From contig CAWFMQ010000014.1 of NCBI GenBank assembly GCA_963816905.1, forward strand, positions 172,715-236,714: a stretch of DNA of 64,000 nucleotides. Reading direction: 5' to 3'. Origin of the DNA: an uncultured Chloroflexia bacterium (lineage in GTDB: Bacteria; Chloroflexota; Limnocylindria; Limnocylindrales; CSP1-4). The position numbers and the translations under genes are program-made. Positions 52,514-62,979 of this stretch are shown here, piece after piece (the first letter of the stretch is position 1; the number at the start of each line of letters is the position of its first letter). The notes below the pieces were generated by a model. The model was not told where the DNA came from. It ran no database searches and saw nothing but the letters and a program-made list of their open reading frames with translations.

Positions 52514-52726
52514 TCACCTGCCGGCCGGATTCGTGCTGATGCCGAAGACCCGGTACAGCGCGCAGAACCCGACGATGCCGGTCACGAGGGCGATGGCGCC
52601 GACGACCCACGCGAGATAGACGATCGGCGCGGCGACCCAGCCGAATGCGCCGGCGGCAATGAGTACGACGCCGAGAGCGATGCGAGCGATGCGGTCGAGC
52701 GGGCCTTCGTTAGCCTGGAGTTTCAT
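52514..52726 (-). CDS. DUF2892 (YgaP-like) small membrane protein
   Basis: 70 aa: MKLQANEGPLDRIARIALGVVLIAAGAF...IVGFCALYRVFGISTNP. Confidence 0.6.
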   Translation of the reverse strand: MKLQANEGPLDRIARIALGVVLIAAGAFGWVAAPIVYLAWVVGAIALVTGIVGFCALYRVFGISTNPAGR

Positions 52727-52985
52727 TGATGCGTCTCCTGATCGGAGCGGGTCGTTCGCCCGCTTCCATACAGAGGACGAGATCGCCGGGAGAAGCGATA
52801 CATCCATCTTCGCCGACGGCGGGGCAGGGTCGCGACCGTCCCGAACGGCCGCGCGTTCACGCCTGGACTGCACCCGGTGCGGCGGGTGATCGAGCTGCCC
52901 CAGCTCGGTCGCCGGACGGTTTGGGGCGATCGCGCGCTGAACGATGAAGCCGCTCGGCATCCGCGTCAGCGCACCGAAGCGTCCC

Positions 52986-55286
52986 CTATCTGTAGATCAC
53001 GAAGGCGTCGAGGTCCAGGCGAGCGCCCGCGGAGGTGTTGCGCAGCTCGATCGTGTGGGAAGCGCTGGTCGTCCAGCTCGTCGAGAAGAGCACCCGCTTC
53101 CACGTGGCGGAGCTCGAGCGGCAGTTCACCGTCGTACGGTAGACGCCGTCGATGTAGACCTTCACGTTGCCGCGCGACGAGCCCGTCGCGGTCACCCAGG
53201 CGATCGCCCGGCCGGTAAAGGTCGTCCCGGCGCGAGCGCCCGTGCTGGTGGACCAGTGCGTGGCGCCGCCCGAGGCGGACGCGGTGGTCTGCCTGTGCCA
53301 GGTTCCGGTGGTGTAGCGCACCGTGGCGCTGGTGTCATCGCGAATCTGCGGTGTGAACGTCGGGCCGGTGCTCCAGGGGCCGGTGTTGTACGCGTTGTCG
53401 GTCGCACGGGCGCGGAAGCGGTAGGCATGGCCCAGCGAGAGGGACATCGCCTGTCGCTCCCAGCCGTTGACAGCAACGTCCGTCCACGCGCCACCGTCGC
53501 GGCTCTGCTGCAGGTCGTAGTACCAGAGGCCGGAGCCCGAGCCGTCCGTGCCACTCCATCGCAGCAGCGTGGAACCCTTGCCGAGCGTCGAGGGCACGAC
53601 GCCCGCGGGATACGGCGCCCGGGTGATGGTCGGCGGAGTGGTATCGACCGTGAAGCCGATCGAGAGCCTGAGAGCACCCGAGTCGCCCTGGTGTCCGCCG
53701 ATCTCGATCCAGACCGTCTCGCCGGCGTAGGCACCCAGGTTCATCGCCTCGGCCCCACCCGAGCCGGTTTCATCCACGCACGGCCAGGGGTGGTAGCCAC
53801 CGCTGCCGTCTTCCCGGAACGCGTCGAGGACCGTGTCGTAACCGCTGCCGCCGGTGCTCACCGTGAATGACCCGTCGTCCGGCGCGGTGACCTCGTACCA
53901 CACGCTCGCGCGGTCGCTGTCGCAGGCGCCGCTGCTCCAGTCGTCGTCGGTCGCCCCGGACGTGTCCTGGCTGGCGTGGTACGGGTAGTCTCTGACAACC
54001 GTGGCCGTGCCCATGGTGTCGTTTTCCGGCCCGGACCAGGTCACGGTCACCGGGTCGGCCGTTGCCTGAGCAGAGCTGCCGTCGCTGTGCGCCACGAGGG
54101 CCGTATAGGTCCGTGAGGTAGCGGTGCTACTGCTCACCGACGCCGCGCAGGTCGTACCGCTGCCGCAGGTCGTCACGATCAGCCCGTCGCTCCGCCGGAT
54201 CACGACAGCGTACTCGGTGGGCCCGACGTCCCGACTGGCGGTCGCCGTGAGCGTCACCGGGGTGCCCAGGACCACGTTCGTGGCACTCGCCGAGAGGGCG
54301 ACCGACCACGATGGAGCGGCACTGTCGGTCATGCTCCAGCCCTCGAGCGCGTACTGGTTGAGGAAGGCCCACGAGATCTCGACCCAGCCGTTGCGGGCGA
54401 AGCCCCCGCCCCACGAGTTCTCGATCCACACGCCCCAGGCGTCGTACATCGGCGCGAAGACCCCATGCAGGCCGCGCGACGTCGTGCCGGCCGCCGGCAC
54501 GTCGACGTAGGGGTTCGTGTAGCTCGCCGAATTGAAGTTGGGGTAGATGGGAATGACGAGCAGCACCGGCGAGCCGCCGGAGATGACGGCCTGGACGGCG
54601 CTCCTGTAGTCGCCGCCGCCCGCGCCCGAGAACAGCAGGGAGTGGCCGAGGGTCTTGTACGGCGCAGCGGCGGTGCGCTCGGCGGACGTCGGCTGCGAGG
54701 TGTAGTCGTAGTCGCCCTGCGCGTAGTCGCTGCGGTGGGCGATGCCCTGCAATTCCATGATGCCGAAATTCCCCGGGTAGCTCGACCCGCGGTCCTGGCC
54801 CTGCGCGATCTGGGCGTAGAGATACATGGGGGCGAACGTCGCGGTCTCGCCGGTGCCGTGATCACGCAGCCAGTAGCGGTAGTAGTAGCCGCTGGACCAT
54901 GAACCGCACGAGCCGACGGGACCCTGGTTGCCCACCGGCGGCGCCCACTGGCTCAGGTCGACGGACGTCGGGTAGGTCGTGTCCTGGCGAAGTCGGGTCG
55001 CCACGGACGTCGACACGCCCCGGGTGACCCCCGGCGCGAGCTTCGCGCCGAGCGCACGTGCGCCGCCGCCCGTGCCTGCCACGGGCACGCTGCCGTCCAG
55101 CGCCTTCGGAAAGCGTCCCGTCGGCGACGCCGCCGGTCCCGAAGATGGTCCGGCAGCGCCGACCGGGCCGGCCAGCGGCACGGCGAGCGAGACCACCAGG
55201 AGCCAAGCGAGGAGCACCGCCCCGACTCGACCGATGGACGAGGTGAAGGCTCGCCGGCTCGGCGATGTGGGCACTCGCGGTCTCAT
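52986..55286 (-). CDS. Secreted papain-like (C1 family) cysteine peptidase with large C-terminal beta-rich domains
   Basis: Signal peptide; ...QGPVGSCGSWSSGYY... (QxxxGSCW-type catalytic Cys region); 766 aa intact. Confidence 0.65.
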   Translation of the reverse strand: MRPRVPTSPSRRAFTSSIGRVGAVLLAWLLVVSLAVPLAGPVGAAGPSSGPAASPTGRFPKALDGSVPVAGTGGGARALGAKLAPGVTRGVSTSVATRLRQDTTYPTSVDLSQWAPPVGNQGPVGSCGSWSSGYYYRYWLRDHGTGETATFAPMYLYAQIAQGQDRGSSYPGNFGIMELQGIAHRSDYAQGDYDYTSQPTSAERTAAAPYKTLGHSLLFSGAGGGDYRSAVQAVISGGSPVLLVIPIYPNFNSASYTNPYVDVPAAGTTSRGLHGVFAPMYDAWGVWIENSWGGGFARNGWVEISWAFLNQYALEGWSMTDSAAPSWSVALSASATNVVLGTPVTLTATASRDVGPTEYAVVIRRSDGLIVTTCGSGTTCAASVSSSTATSRTYTALVAHSDGSSAQATADPVTVTWSGPENDTMGTATVVRDYPYHASQDTSGATDDDWSSGACDSDRASVWYEVTAPDDGSFTVSTGGSGYDTVLDAFREDGSGGYHPWPCVDETGSGGAEAMNLGAYAGETVWIEIGGHQGDSGALRLSIGFTVDTTPPTITRAPYPAGVVPSTLGKGSTLLRWSGTDGSGSGLWYYDLQQSRDGGAWTDVAVNGWERQAMSLSLGHAYRFRARATDNAYNTGPWSTGPTFTPQIRDDTSATVRYTTGTWHRQTTASASGGATHWSTSTGARAGTTFTGRAIAWVTATGSSRGNVKVYIDGVYRTTVNCRSSSATWKRVLFSTSWTTSASHTIELRNTSAGARLDLDAFVIYR

Positions 55287-55753
55287 CGAACTTCCTTTCG
55301 ATCAACCTGTGCGCGACGTGCCCGTCGAGGCCGGCCCTCGATCCGTGCATCCGCATCGGAGATCGCGGAAATGGCCCACCCTCAGGGCATCGAGCGATTC
55401 GCTACTGCCGGATTGTCGACCGGGTGCGGGTGGCGGGACAGGGGCCCGACAGACTCCGGCCGGCGGTACGATCCGCCGAGTGGACGCTCCGGGCGGACAG
55501 GGTCGTCACCTTCTGACCGGCCGAGGGAGGTCCGGGCGGCATGATCGCCGCCTTCCATGAGCTCACCGAGATCGCGAACAAGGCAGCGCACGACAGCGTT
55601 GCGGGGTCGGTCCGAACCGTCGCTGGCGACGTGCGCGATCCGCTGCCGTTCGCAGCCCGGCGGAGCCGAAAAACCCCGTAGTCCTGCGGTGGCTCGCATG
55701 GCCCCTGACGACCTACGGTGCGGGCATCGGAACGCACAGCAGGAGTCAGGCAC

Positions 55754-56520
55754 ATGCTCGATCTCGCACCCCCGACCGGACCTGGTGCCGCGCGCCGGTC
55801 GACCGTCGACCACGTCGCCACGGCACTCGGCCGGGCGTTCGTGGACGCCATCGTCGCCGGTGACTTCGATCGGCTCGAGGCGCTGTTCGCGCCTGACGTG
55901 CGGTTCCGCGCGATCATCCCCGGCGAAGTACCAGGAGGCCTCGACGGCCGCCGGTGCCCGCGCGATCATCGAGGATTGGTTCGGCGGGACGGACCGCACG
56001 GGAGCTCGCTCGGTTCGACGGTCGACCTGGTCGGCGACCGACTCGCGATCGGATACCGGCTCGAACTGACCGACGACGGCGAGCGGCGCGTCGTGGAGCA
56101 GCACGTCGCGGCGACGGTCGATGGCGCGTCGTTCCGCGACCTCGCCGTCGTCTGCTCCGGCTTTCGGCCGCTCGCCACGGATCGCCGGGGCGCGTCCGCG
56201 ACGCGTGGCACGGACGCCTCGCCGGGCGATGACGACCACGCCGAGGCACCGGCGTTCACGCCGGCCGCCCACCTCGACGCCACCGGCCTCTCCTGCGCGA
56301 CCTTGACCCCGACGATCTCCGCCACGGTCCGTGGGCTCGACTTCGGCGCCGTCCTCGAGATCGTCACCGACGACCCCGAGGCCGAGGAGGGCCTGCGGTC
56401 CTGGACGAGGCTCACCGGCAACGAGCTGCGTCGCGGCCGAGGCCGGACCCGGGTCGGCCCGCCGATTCGGCATTCGTCGATCGCCGCGGGACGCGGCTAC
56501 CACCGGCAGGAAAGGGACCG
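55754..56520 (+). pseudogene. NTF2/SnoaL-like domain fused to a TusA-like domain (two internal frameshifts)
   Basis: RBS AGGAG; ...AFVDAIVAGDFDRLEALFAPDVRF..., shift, ...GARAIIEDWFGG..., shift, ...LAIGYRLELTDDGERRVVEQHVA...; then ...HLDATGLSCATLTPTISATVRGLDFGAVLEIVTDDPEAEEGLRSWTRLTGNEL (TusA fold, degenerate CPxP). Confidence 0.4.
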
Positions 56521-56524
56521 ACTG

Positions 56525-56890
56525 ATGGCCACGCATCATCGTCAACGCCACCCACGGACCGGAGGATCCGGAGCGCGCGACCATGCCGTTCGTCGTCGGG
56601 CAACGTGGCCGCGACGGCCGATCAGGACGCGATCGTGCTCCTCACGATCGACGGCGCCTGGCTCGGCGTGCGCGGACGCGCCGGACGGCGTGGCCCACGC
56701 GGGCCTGCCGGCCCTGCCGCGAGGTGATGTCGCAGTTCGTCGCGAACGGCGGCCGGATCTGGGCGTGCGGCGCGTGCACCAAGCCCCGGGGCATCACGCA
56801 GGATGACCTCGTCGACGGGCGCGACGATCGTGACGGCCGCCCAGGTCGTCGAGCTTCTTGCATCGGGCGCTGCTTCGCTTACCTTCTGAG
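56525..56890 (+). pseudogene. DsrE/DsrF-like family protein, 4-5 frameshifts
   Basis: Pieces IIVNATHGPEDPERATMPFVVG / ADQDAIVLLTIDGAWLGV / VMSQFVANGGRIWACGACTKPRGITQDDLVDG / GATIVTAAQVVELLASGAASLTF spread over three frames. Confidence 0.5.
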
Positions 56891-56893
56891 CCT

Positions 56894-59800
56894 GATGCGA
56901 ACCGTCGGGCTGATCGGTCGCGAGCACGAGATCGAGGGAGCTTCGCGCCGCCGCCGCTGCGGCGCGGCGGCGGCGCGGCGGCCTCGTGCTCGTCGCCGGC
57001 GACGCCGGGATCGGCAAGACGGCGCTCGTCGAGCGGACGCTGGAGCGGTCGCCTGCCGATCGTGCTGCGCGGGGCCGCCCGGGCCTCCGGGGCGGCCCCG
57101 TTCGAGCCGCTCGTGGCAGCGATCCGGTCCCATCCCGGCTGGCCGGCGATCGCCGCCGAGCGTGCTCTCGAGGCCGGCGCCGGCGACCGGCGCGGCCGGG
57201 ATGCCATCTGCTCGCTGTTCGGCGAGCTCGCACCCTCGGGCGGCGCGCGCGCCCGAGCCGGCGCGGCGGTGGCGGGGCCGGCCGCCGACGGCGACCCGGA
57301 CGCGACCCGCGACGCGATGTGCCGGCTCGTCGTCGAGCTCGCCCGGATCGAGCCGCTGGCGATCGTCCTCGACGACCTGCAGCGCGCCGACCACGCGACG
57401 CATCGACGCGCTGCCGATGCTCGCGCGGATCGGCCGCGCGGGAGCCGCTGCTCGTCGTCGGGATCTACCGGACCGACGAGCTGCCGCGCTCGAGCCCGGT
57501 CCGGCGCCTGCGCGTCGAGCTGCGGCGGGACGACCGGCTGCACGAGATCGTCCTCGGTCCCGCTCGACGCCGCGTCGACGGCGGCGCTCGCGGCCCGTAC
57601 CCTCGGCGCCCGACCGGACGACCTCCTGGCGCGACGGCTGTTCGACCGCAGCCAGGGCCTGCCGCTGTTCGTGGAGGAGCTGGCCGCTGCCCTCCTCGCC
57701 GACGAGGCGATCGTGATCGCCGACGGCGTCGCGACGCTCGTCGCGCGACGACCTGCCCATCCCGGAGACATTGCGCGACAGCATCCTGATCCGCGCCGAC
57801 GGCATGGCGCCCGCGGACCGCGAGGCGCTCGCGACGGCCGCGCTCCTCGGCGACGAGGTGGACGCGACGCTCGTGGACGAGCTGGCGGCGGCAACGACGC
57901 CTGGCGACGCGCCGGGGTGGAGCGCGGGATCCTCATCGCCCGCGGAGAGGGCAGCGTCGCCTTCCGGCACGGGCTCGTTCGCGAGGTCCTGCTCGACGAT
58001 CTGCCGTCGCCGAGCGGCGGACCCAGCATCGCCGGATCGCCGAGATCCTCGCGGCCCGCGGCGCGGAGCCGCTCGTCGTGGCCGAGCACTGGCTGCGCGC
58101 CGGCGAGACGCGCGAGGCCGTCGCGTGGCTCCTCCGCGCCGCCGAGGCGTCGTGCCGCGTGCATGCCTATCGGGACGCCGCGAGCGCCTACCGGCGGGCA
58201 CTCGACGAGGATCGAGGCGCGCTCGCCTCGCCGGTCGACGTGCTCGAAGCGTCTTGCGGCGTGCCTCGAGCTCTCCGGAAGTCTCGGGGAGGCGGCGAGG
58301 ACATGGGAGACGGCAGCCGCGGCGCGGGCGGTGGACGGACGGCCCGATCTCGCCGGCGAGGACCAGCGGCGGCGCGCGCGGGTGCTCGAGGTCCAGGGCC
58401 GCTGGCCCAGGGCGATCGAGGCCCGGCTGGCGGCGGTCGCTGAGTTCGAGGCGGCGGGGCTTCCCGCGGAGGCGGCGACGGAACGGCTGGCGGCCGCGGC
58501 CCATCTCCGGTCGGCGGCGGACTTCACCGCGGCGCTCGGGCTGCTCGGACCTCGCGCGCGACCGAGGCCCGCGAGGCGGGTCGGGTGGACCTCGAGGCGC
58601 GGGCGATCGGGCTCGAGGGGAACGTCCTCGCCCGGATGGGCACGGGCCGACGAGGGGCTCCGCGCTGGTCCGCGAGGGCCTGACGCTCGCGCTCGACGGC
58701 GGGCTCACGGCGGCCGCGGCCGAGCTGTTCCAGCGCCTCGCCGACTCCCTGGAGCACGCGGGCAGCTACGATCCGGCGCGGACGGCGTACCTCGAGGGCG
58801 CCGACTACTGCCGGACGCGAGCGATCGAGTCGACGGCGCAGCTCTGCCTGGCCTGCATGTCGGTGGTGCTCTGGCAGACCGGGCGACTGGTCGGAGGCCG
58901 AGCGGACGTCGCGCGAGGTGATCGCCTCAGCGGACGCGACGCAGCACGCGCGCGCCGTCGCGCGAGGGGATCCTGGGGATCGTGGCCGCCCTGCGCGGCA
59001 GCGCCGGCCGGGCGCGGCCACACCTCGAGGCGTCCCTGCAGATCGCCCGGCGGATCGAGCTGACCGCGATGGAGCTCATCTGCGAGCTGGGGCCTCGCCC
59101 TCTGCGACCGCCTCGATGGCGACGAGGCGGGCGCGGTCGAGCGGTGCCGCCGGCTGCTCGCCCGCTGGGAGCGCACCGAGGAGCGCCACTACGTCGTACC
59201 GGCCCTCCGCTGGGCCGCGACCGTGTTCGCCGAGCAGAACGACGCGGAAGGAGGTCCGTGCATGCGCCGATGCGCTGGCACGGATCGCCGCCCAGACGGC
59301 GCAGCCCGAAGCCATCGCGGCGCTGGCCGCGACGCTCGGCGAGGCCGCCTCGCTCGAGGGCGACGCGGACGCCGCGGCCGCGCATTTCGCCGGCGCACTC
59401 GAAGCCATCTCCGTCCGCGACCTGCCCTTCGAGCGCGCGGAGATCGGACGGCGCGCCGGTGTCGCCCTGGTCCGCGTCGGCCGCCGCGACGACGGGCTGG
59501 CGGCGCTCGTCGCGGCCGCCCGCACGGCCCGGCGCCTGGGCGCCACCCCGCTCGGTGTCATGGTCGCGGCGGACATGGCTGCACTCGGCGAGCCGGTCGA
59601 GCGCCGGCTCGGCGCGCGGGAAGCGCGTCGACTCGCCGACCGGGGCCTGACCCACAGGGAGCTCGAGGTCATCCGGCACGTGGCGCACGGCCTGACGAGC
59701 CGGGAGATCGGTCGGGCGCTGTTCATCAGCCCTCGCACCGTCGAGATGCACGTCGGGAGTGCGCTCACCAAGCTCGACTGTCGAACGCGAGCCGAGGCGG

Positions 59801-59937
59801 TCCAGCGGGTCGCCACGCTCGGCCTGCTGACAGCCTGGGCCGAACCTCCGAGGGCACGCCCGCCACGCTGCGCCGGCGGATCCGCGCCGGGCGTCTCGAC
59901 GCTACCAAGGTCCGACGCAATTCGACGGTTACGCTGA
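56894..59937 (+). pseudogene. LAL-family (AAA ATPase + TPR + LuxR HTH) transcriptional regulator, many frameshifts
   Basis: N-terminal MRTVGLIGREHEIEG...LVAGDAGIGKTALVE (Walker A); ...LAIVLDDLQRAD... (Walker B); C-terminal ...LTHRELEVIRHVAHGLTSREIGRALFISPRTVEMHV... The pieces are scattered over ORFs 56858.., 56986.., 57771.., 58918... Confidence 0.65.
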
Positions 59938-60095
59938 GGCTATGGAACGATACCGGGCCGGGTCGCGGCGCCGCTGATCAGGTACCATCGCGCGTCCGTG
60001 CAATCGCTGAGGCGCGCGGTTACCAAAACGACGGGAAGGAGCATTCGAGGGTGGGCGGCGGGGTGGTTGCAGGACGCGCCCGGGCGACGTTCCGA

Positions 60096-60989
60096 ATGTC
60101 CAAAACGCAAGGATCGGCCGCCGGGGCCAACCGCGGCCGCCTCGTCGCCGTACTGGTCCTGAGCCTGTCGATCCTTATCGTCGAGGCCATCGGCGGGATC
60201 GCTGCCAACAGCCTGGCGCTCCTCGCGGATGCGGGCCACATGCTGACGGACGTCGCGGGCGTCGGAATGGCGCTGCTCGCGATCTGGTTCGCCGGGCGGA
60301 GTCCGTCGAACGAACGGACCTACGGCTACCTCCGGCTGGAGATCCTCGCGGCTGTGGCGAACGCGGTGCTCCTGTTCGGGGTCGCGGTCTTCGTCCTGAT
60401 CGAAGCCTGGCGACGGCTGTCCGAGCCCGTCGAGATCGCATCGGGGCTCATGCTTGTCGTGGCACTCGTCGGGCTGGCCGCGAACGCCGCATCACTGTTC
60501 CTGTTGCGCGACGCCCAGCGCGAGAGTCTCAACATGCGCGGCGCGTATCTCGAAGTCATGGGCGACTTCGCCGGATCGGGCGCGGTCATCGTCGCGGCGG
60601 TCGTCATCGGCATCACCGGCTGGATGCCCGCCGATGCCGTCGCGTCCGCGGTCATCGGCCTGCTCATCCTGCCGCGCACGTTCGCGCTCCTGCGCGATGC
60701 GACCGACATTCTCCTGGAGGCGACCCCGAAAGGCGTCGACATGGAGCTCGTCCGGCAGCACATCCTTGACACTCCGGGCGTCGTCGACTGCCACGATCTC
60801 CACGCCTGGACGATCACCTCGGGGATGAATGTCGTGTCGGCGCATGTCCTGCTCGCCGACGGCGCGAATGCAGCGGCCACGCTCGATGCGCTCTGCGCCT
60901 GCCTCGCCGACGACTTCGACATCGAGCACTCGACCTTCCAGCTCGAGACGGCAGATCGGCGCCGGCTCGAGGAACGGAGCCATGCGTAA
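60096..60989 (+). CDS. czcD: Cation diffusion facilitator family transporter (CzcD-like Zn/Co/Cd efflux)
   Basis: ...ANSLALLADAGHMLTDVAG...; six TM helices; ...HDLHAWTITSGMNVVSAHV... C-terminal domain; 297 aa intact. Confidence 0.85.
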   Translation: MSKTQGSAAGANRGRLVAVLVLSLSILIVEAIGGIAANSLALLADAGHMLTDVAGVGMALLAIWFAGRSPSNERTYGYLRLEILAAVANAVLLFGVAVFVLIEAWRRLSEPVEIASGLMLVVALVGLAANAASLFLLRDAQRESLNMRGAYLEVMGDFAGSGAVIVAAVVIGITGWMPADAVASAVIGLLILPRTFALLRDATDILLEATPKGVDMELVRQHILDTPGVVDCHDLHAWTITSGMNVVSAHVLLADGANAAATLDALCACLADDFDIEHSTFQLETADRRRLEERSHA

Positions 60990-60992
60990 CGG

Positions 60993-61714
60993 CTACGGTG
61001 AGGAACGATCACGCCTCGCGCCCCCGGTGACCAGCGGAACCGCATCGCGCCCGGCGCCGGAGGACGGAGTCGCCAGATCGTGATGTCGCGTGAGAGCATG
61101 CGGGTCTTCGCCTGTGTGATCGCACGGATTCACATGGATCAGTGCCGTGTCGAGGCGGCGGACCTCGTGAAGGAGACTGTGCCGGACCTCCTCGGCGATG
61201 CGGTGGCACTGCGCGACGGTCCGACCAACTCGCCAGATGAGATCGACGATGCGGCGCTGATCGGCCACCGGCGGCATCCGTACCTCGACGTCAAGTAGGG
61301 CCGTCGGATTCACCCGTTCCCGTCGACTGCCGATTCCTCTCGATTTCGCCGCTGCGAGTTCCCGGAAAGCCGAATCTGCCACCACGAGACGCAAGAACGC
61401 CAGGAGCATGACAGACGCGTCCACGGTATAAGTCGGGAATTCAGGTGGCAGCAGCCGCCCGTCATACGGCTCCTCGACGACTGCGAACGCTCCCTCCGAG
61501 CCTTGAGTTTGCTCATTACGAGCTGGTTCCTGTGCAGACGATGAAGGTACCGGTACGAAGTCTTGGATCCCGACAGGTCTTCTCGAGCGAAGAGACCGCG
61601 CCCAAAGCTGTACACGCCCGCCTGCGGGTACTGATGTCCCGGATCGACGACTACTCGGTCGATGTCGAGCTCGATCACGTCACCGAGCCGAGTCCATCGC
61701 CAACCGCTATTCAT
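60993..61714 (-). pseudogene. hsdS: Type I restriction-modification specificity subunit (HsdS) fragment, single target-recognition domain, frameshifted
   Basis: N-terminal ...WRWTRLGDVIELD...YPQAGVYSFGRGLFARED... (ORF 61310..61714) and ...VEVRMPPVADQRRIVDLIWRVG... conserved region (ORF 60993..61424). Confidence 0.45.
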
Positions 61715-61722
61715 AGCCAGCC

Positions 61723-61955
61723 TCAGCCAAACGTTCGTCGAGACGCTCTTCTGCCTCCCGTAGGGCAGCCCGCATCATGCGCAACTGCTCGAGTGCCGTG
61801 GCAACGTCGACGACGTCGGCCGCCGAGCCCGTCAGGTACCGTTCGATGTTGAGGCCCCTGGCGTTGACCTCGATCTCGGAGTGCGGCACCGGTCGGACGG
61901 ACACCCCTCCCTGGCCGTCGGGATCGTCCCCAGTCCGGTAAGCCGCAACGATCAC
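61723..61955 (-). pseudogene. Probable type I R-M methylase (HsdM) C-terminal fragment
   Basis: ...GLNIERYLTGSAADVVDVATALEQLRMMRAALREAEERLDERLAEAGYE resembles the HsdM C-terminal tail. No upstream methyltransferase body. Confidence 0.35.
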
Positions 61956-62067
61956 GTCGACGTCCTCGTCGCGTAATCGGTTCTGGTTTCGGCCCTTCGC
62001 GAAGCATTTCGAGCCGTCGACGAAGAGGATCTGGCCGCGGCGCGCGGGAGCCTTCGTCGCCCTATCG

Positions 62068-62183
62068 CGAGATCGCAGCCTACGGCGTCATGCACACACC
62101 CGGCCTGGTCATCGACGGCAAGGCGGTGAGCACGGGGCGGGTCCCAAGCGCCGACGACATCGCGGAGTGGCTGAGCGAATAGG
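62068..62183 (+). pseudogene. C-terminal fragment of a second thioredoxin-like 'redox-active disulfide protein 2' (paralog of 8395..8634)
   Basis: ...[37 protein letters not shown]; ~88% nt identity to 8521-8634. No 5' part. Confidence 0.5.
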
Positions 62184-62456
62184 CAGTGCCGACCGACTCG
62201 GGTCCGGCGGCCGTCCCCGAGCAGGGCCATGCACCCTCCTCGGGCGCGGTGGCCGTCCTCAACCGGCACGCCGGCCCCCCCGGTCCAGTCGATTTGCGCC
62301 CTTGCGCAAGTGCGCGAATAGCCTGATCTACATGGGCCGTTGGTCGCACGTTGTTGGGACCGATTGCACTTATGCAGGACTGCGCATGCGTTGATGCTTT
62401 CCGAGTCGGCGCGGCAGGCCGTGTCCGCGGGCCTGAACTGAAGGGAGTCTTGAACG

Positions 62457-62972
62457 GTGGCGACGAAGACCGCATCAGTGGTGCTGGAGGGGGACGGTCT
62501 TCGATTCGCCGTCGAGACCGGGAGCGGACATACATTCGTGCTCGATGATGCCGCCGGCGATTCGGGAGCACGGCCGGCCGAACTCGTCCCGGCCGCCGTC
62601 GCGGCCTGCACGGCCATGGACGTGATCTCGATCCTGCGCAAGAAGCGCCAGGTCGTGACGCGTTACGAGGTCCGGGCCAGCGGCCAGCAAACCGAAGGCG
62701 CCCACCCGGCCGTGTTCACACGAGTCGACGTCGTCCACGTGATCGACGGCCCCGCCCTCGACATCGGAGCCGTCAGGCGCGCGATCGAGCTGTCGGCAAC
62801 GCGCTATTGCAGCGTCGGCGGCACGCTTGCGACCGGCGTCACCGAGATCCACCACGCGTACCTCGTTCACGATGAGGCCGGGGACGAACGGATGGGCGAG
62901 GTCGTCGTCACCGGTCCGCACGCGGATCCCGAGAAGCTCGGTCAGCGGTCCGCAATGGCTGTCGAGCCATAG
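62457..62972 (+). CDS. OsmC/Ohr family protein
   Basis: GTG 62457 with GAAGGGAG RBS; ...ELVPAAVAACTAMDVISIL... OsmC signature; 171 aa. Confidence 0.75.
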   Translation: MATKTASVVLEGDGLRFAVETGSGHTFVLDDAAGDSGARPAELVPAAVAACTAMDVISILRKKRQVVTRYEVRASGQQTEGAHPAVFTRVDVVHVIDGPALDIGAVRRAIELSATRYCSVGGTLATGVTEIHHAYLVHDEAGDERMGEVVVTGPHADPEKLGQRSAMAVEP

Positions 62973-62979
62973 GCCTGCC

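Noticed and set aside
56858-58921. 687-aa ORF as an intact large regulator
   Set aside because: Only short stretches match LAL-regulator motifs. The remaining motifs lie in the other two frames, so the gene is disrupted rather than intact.
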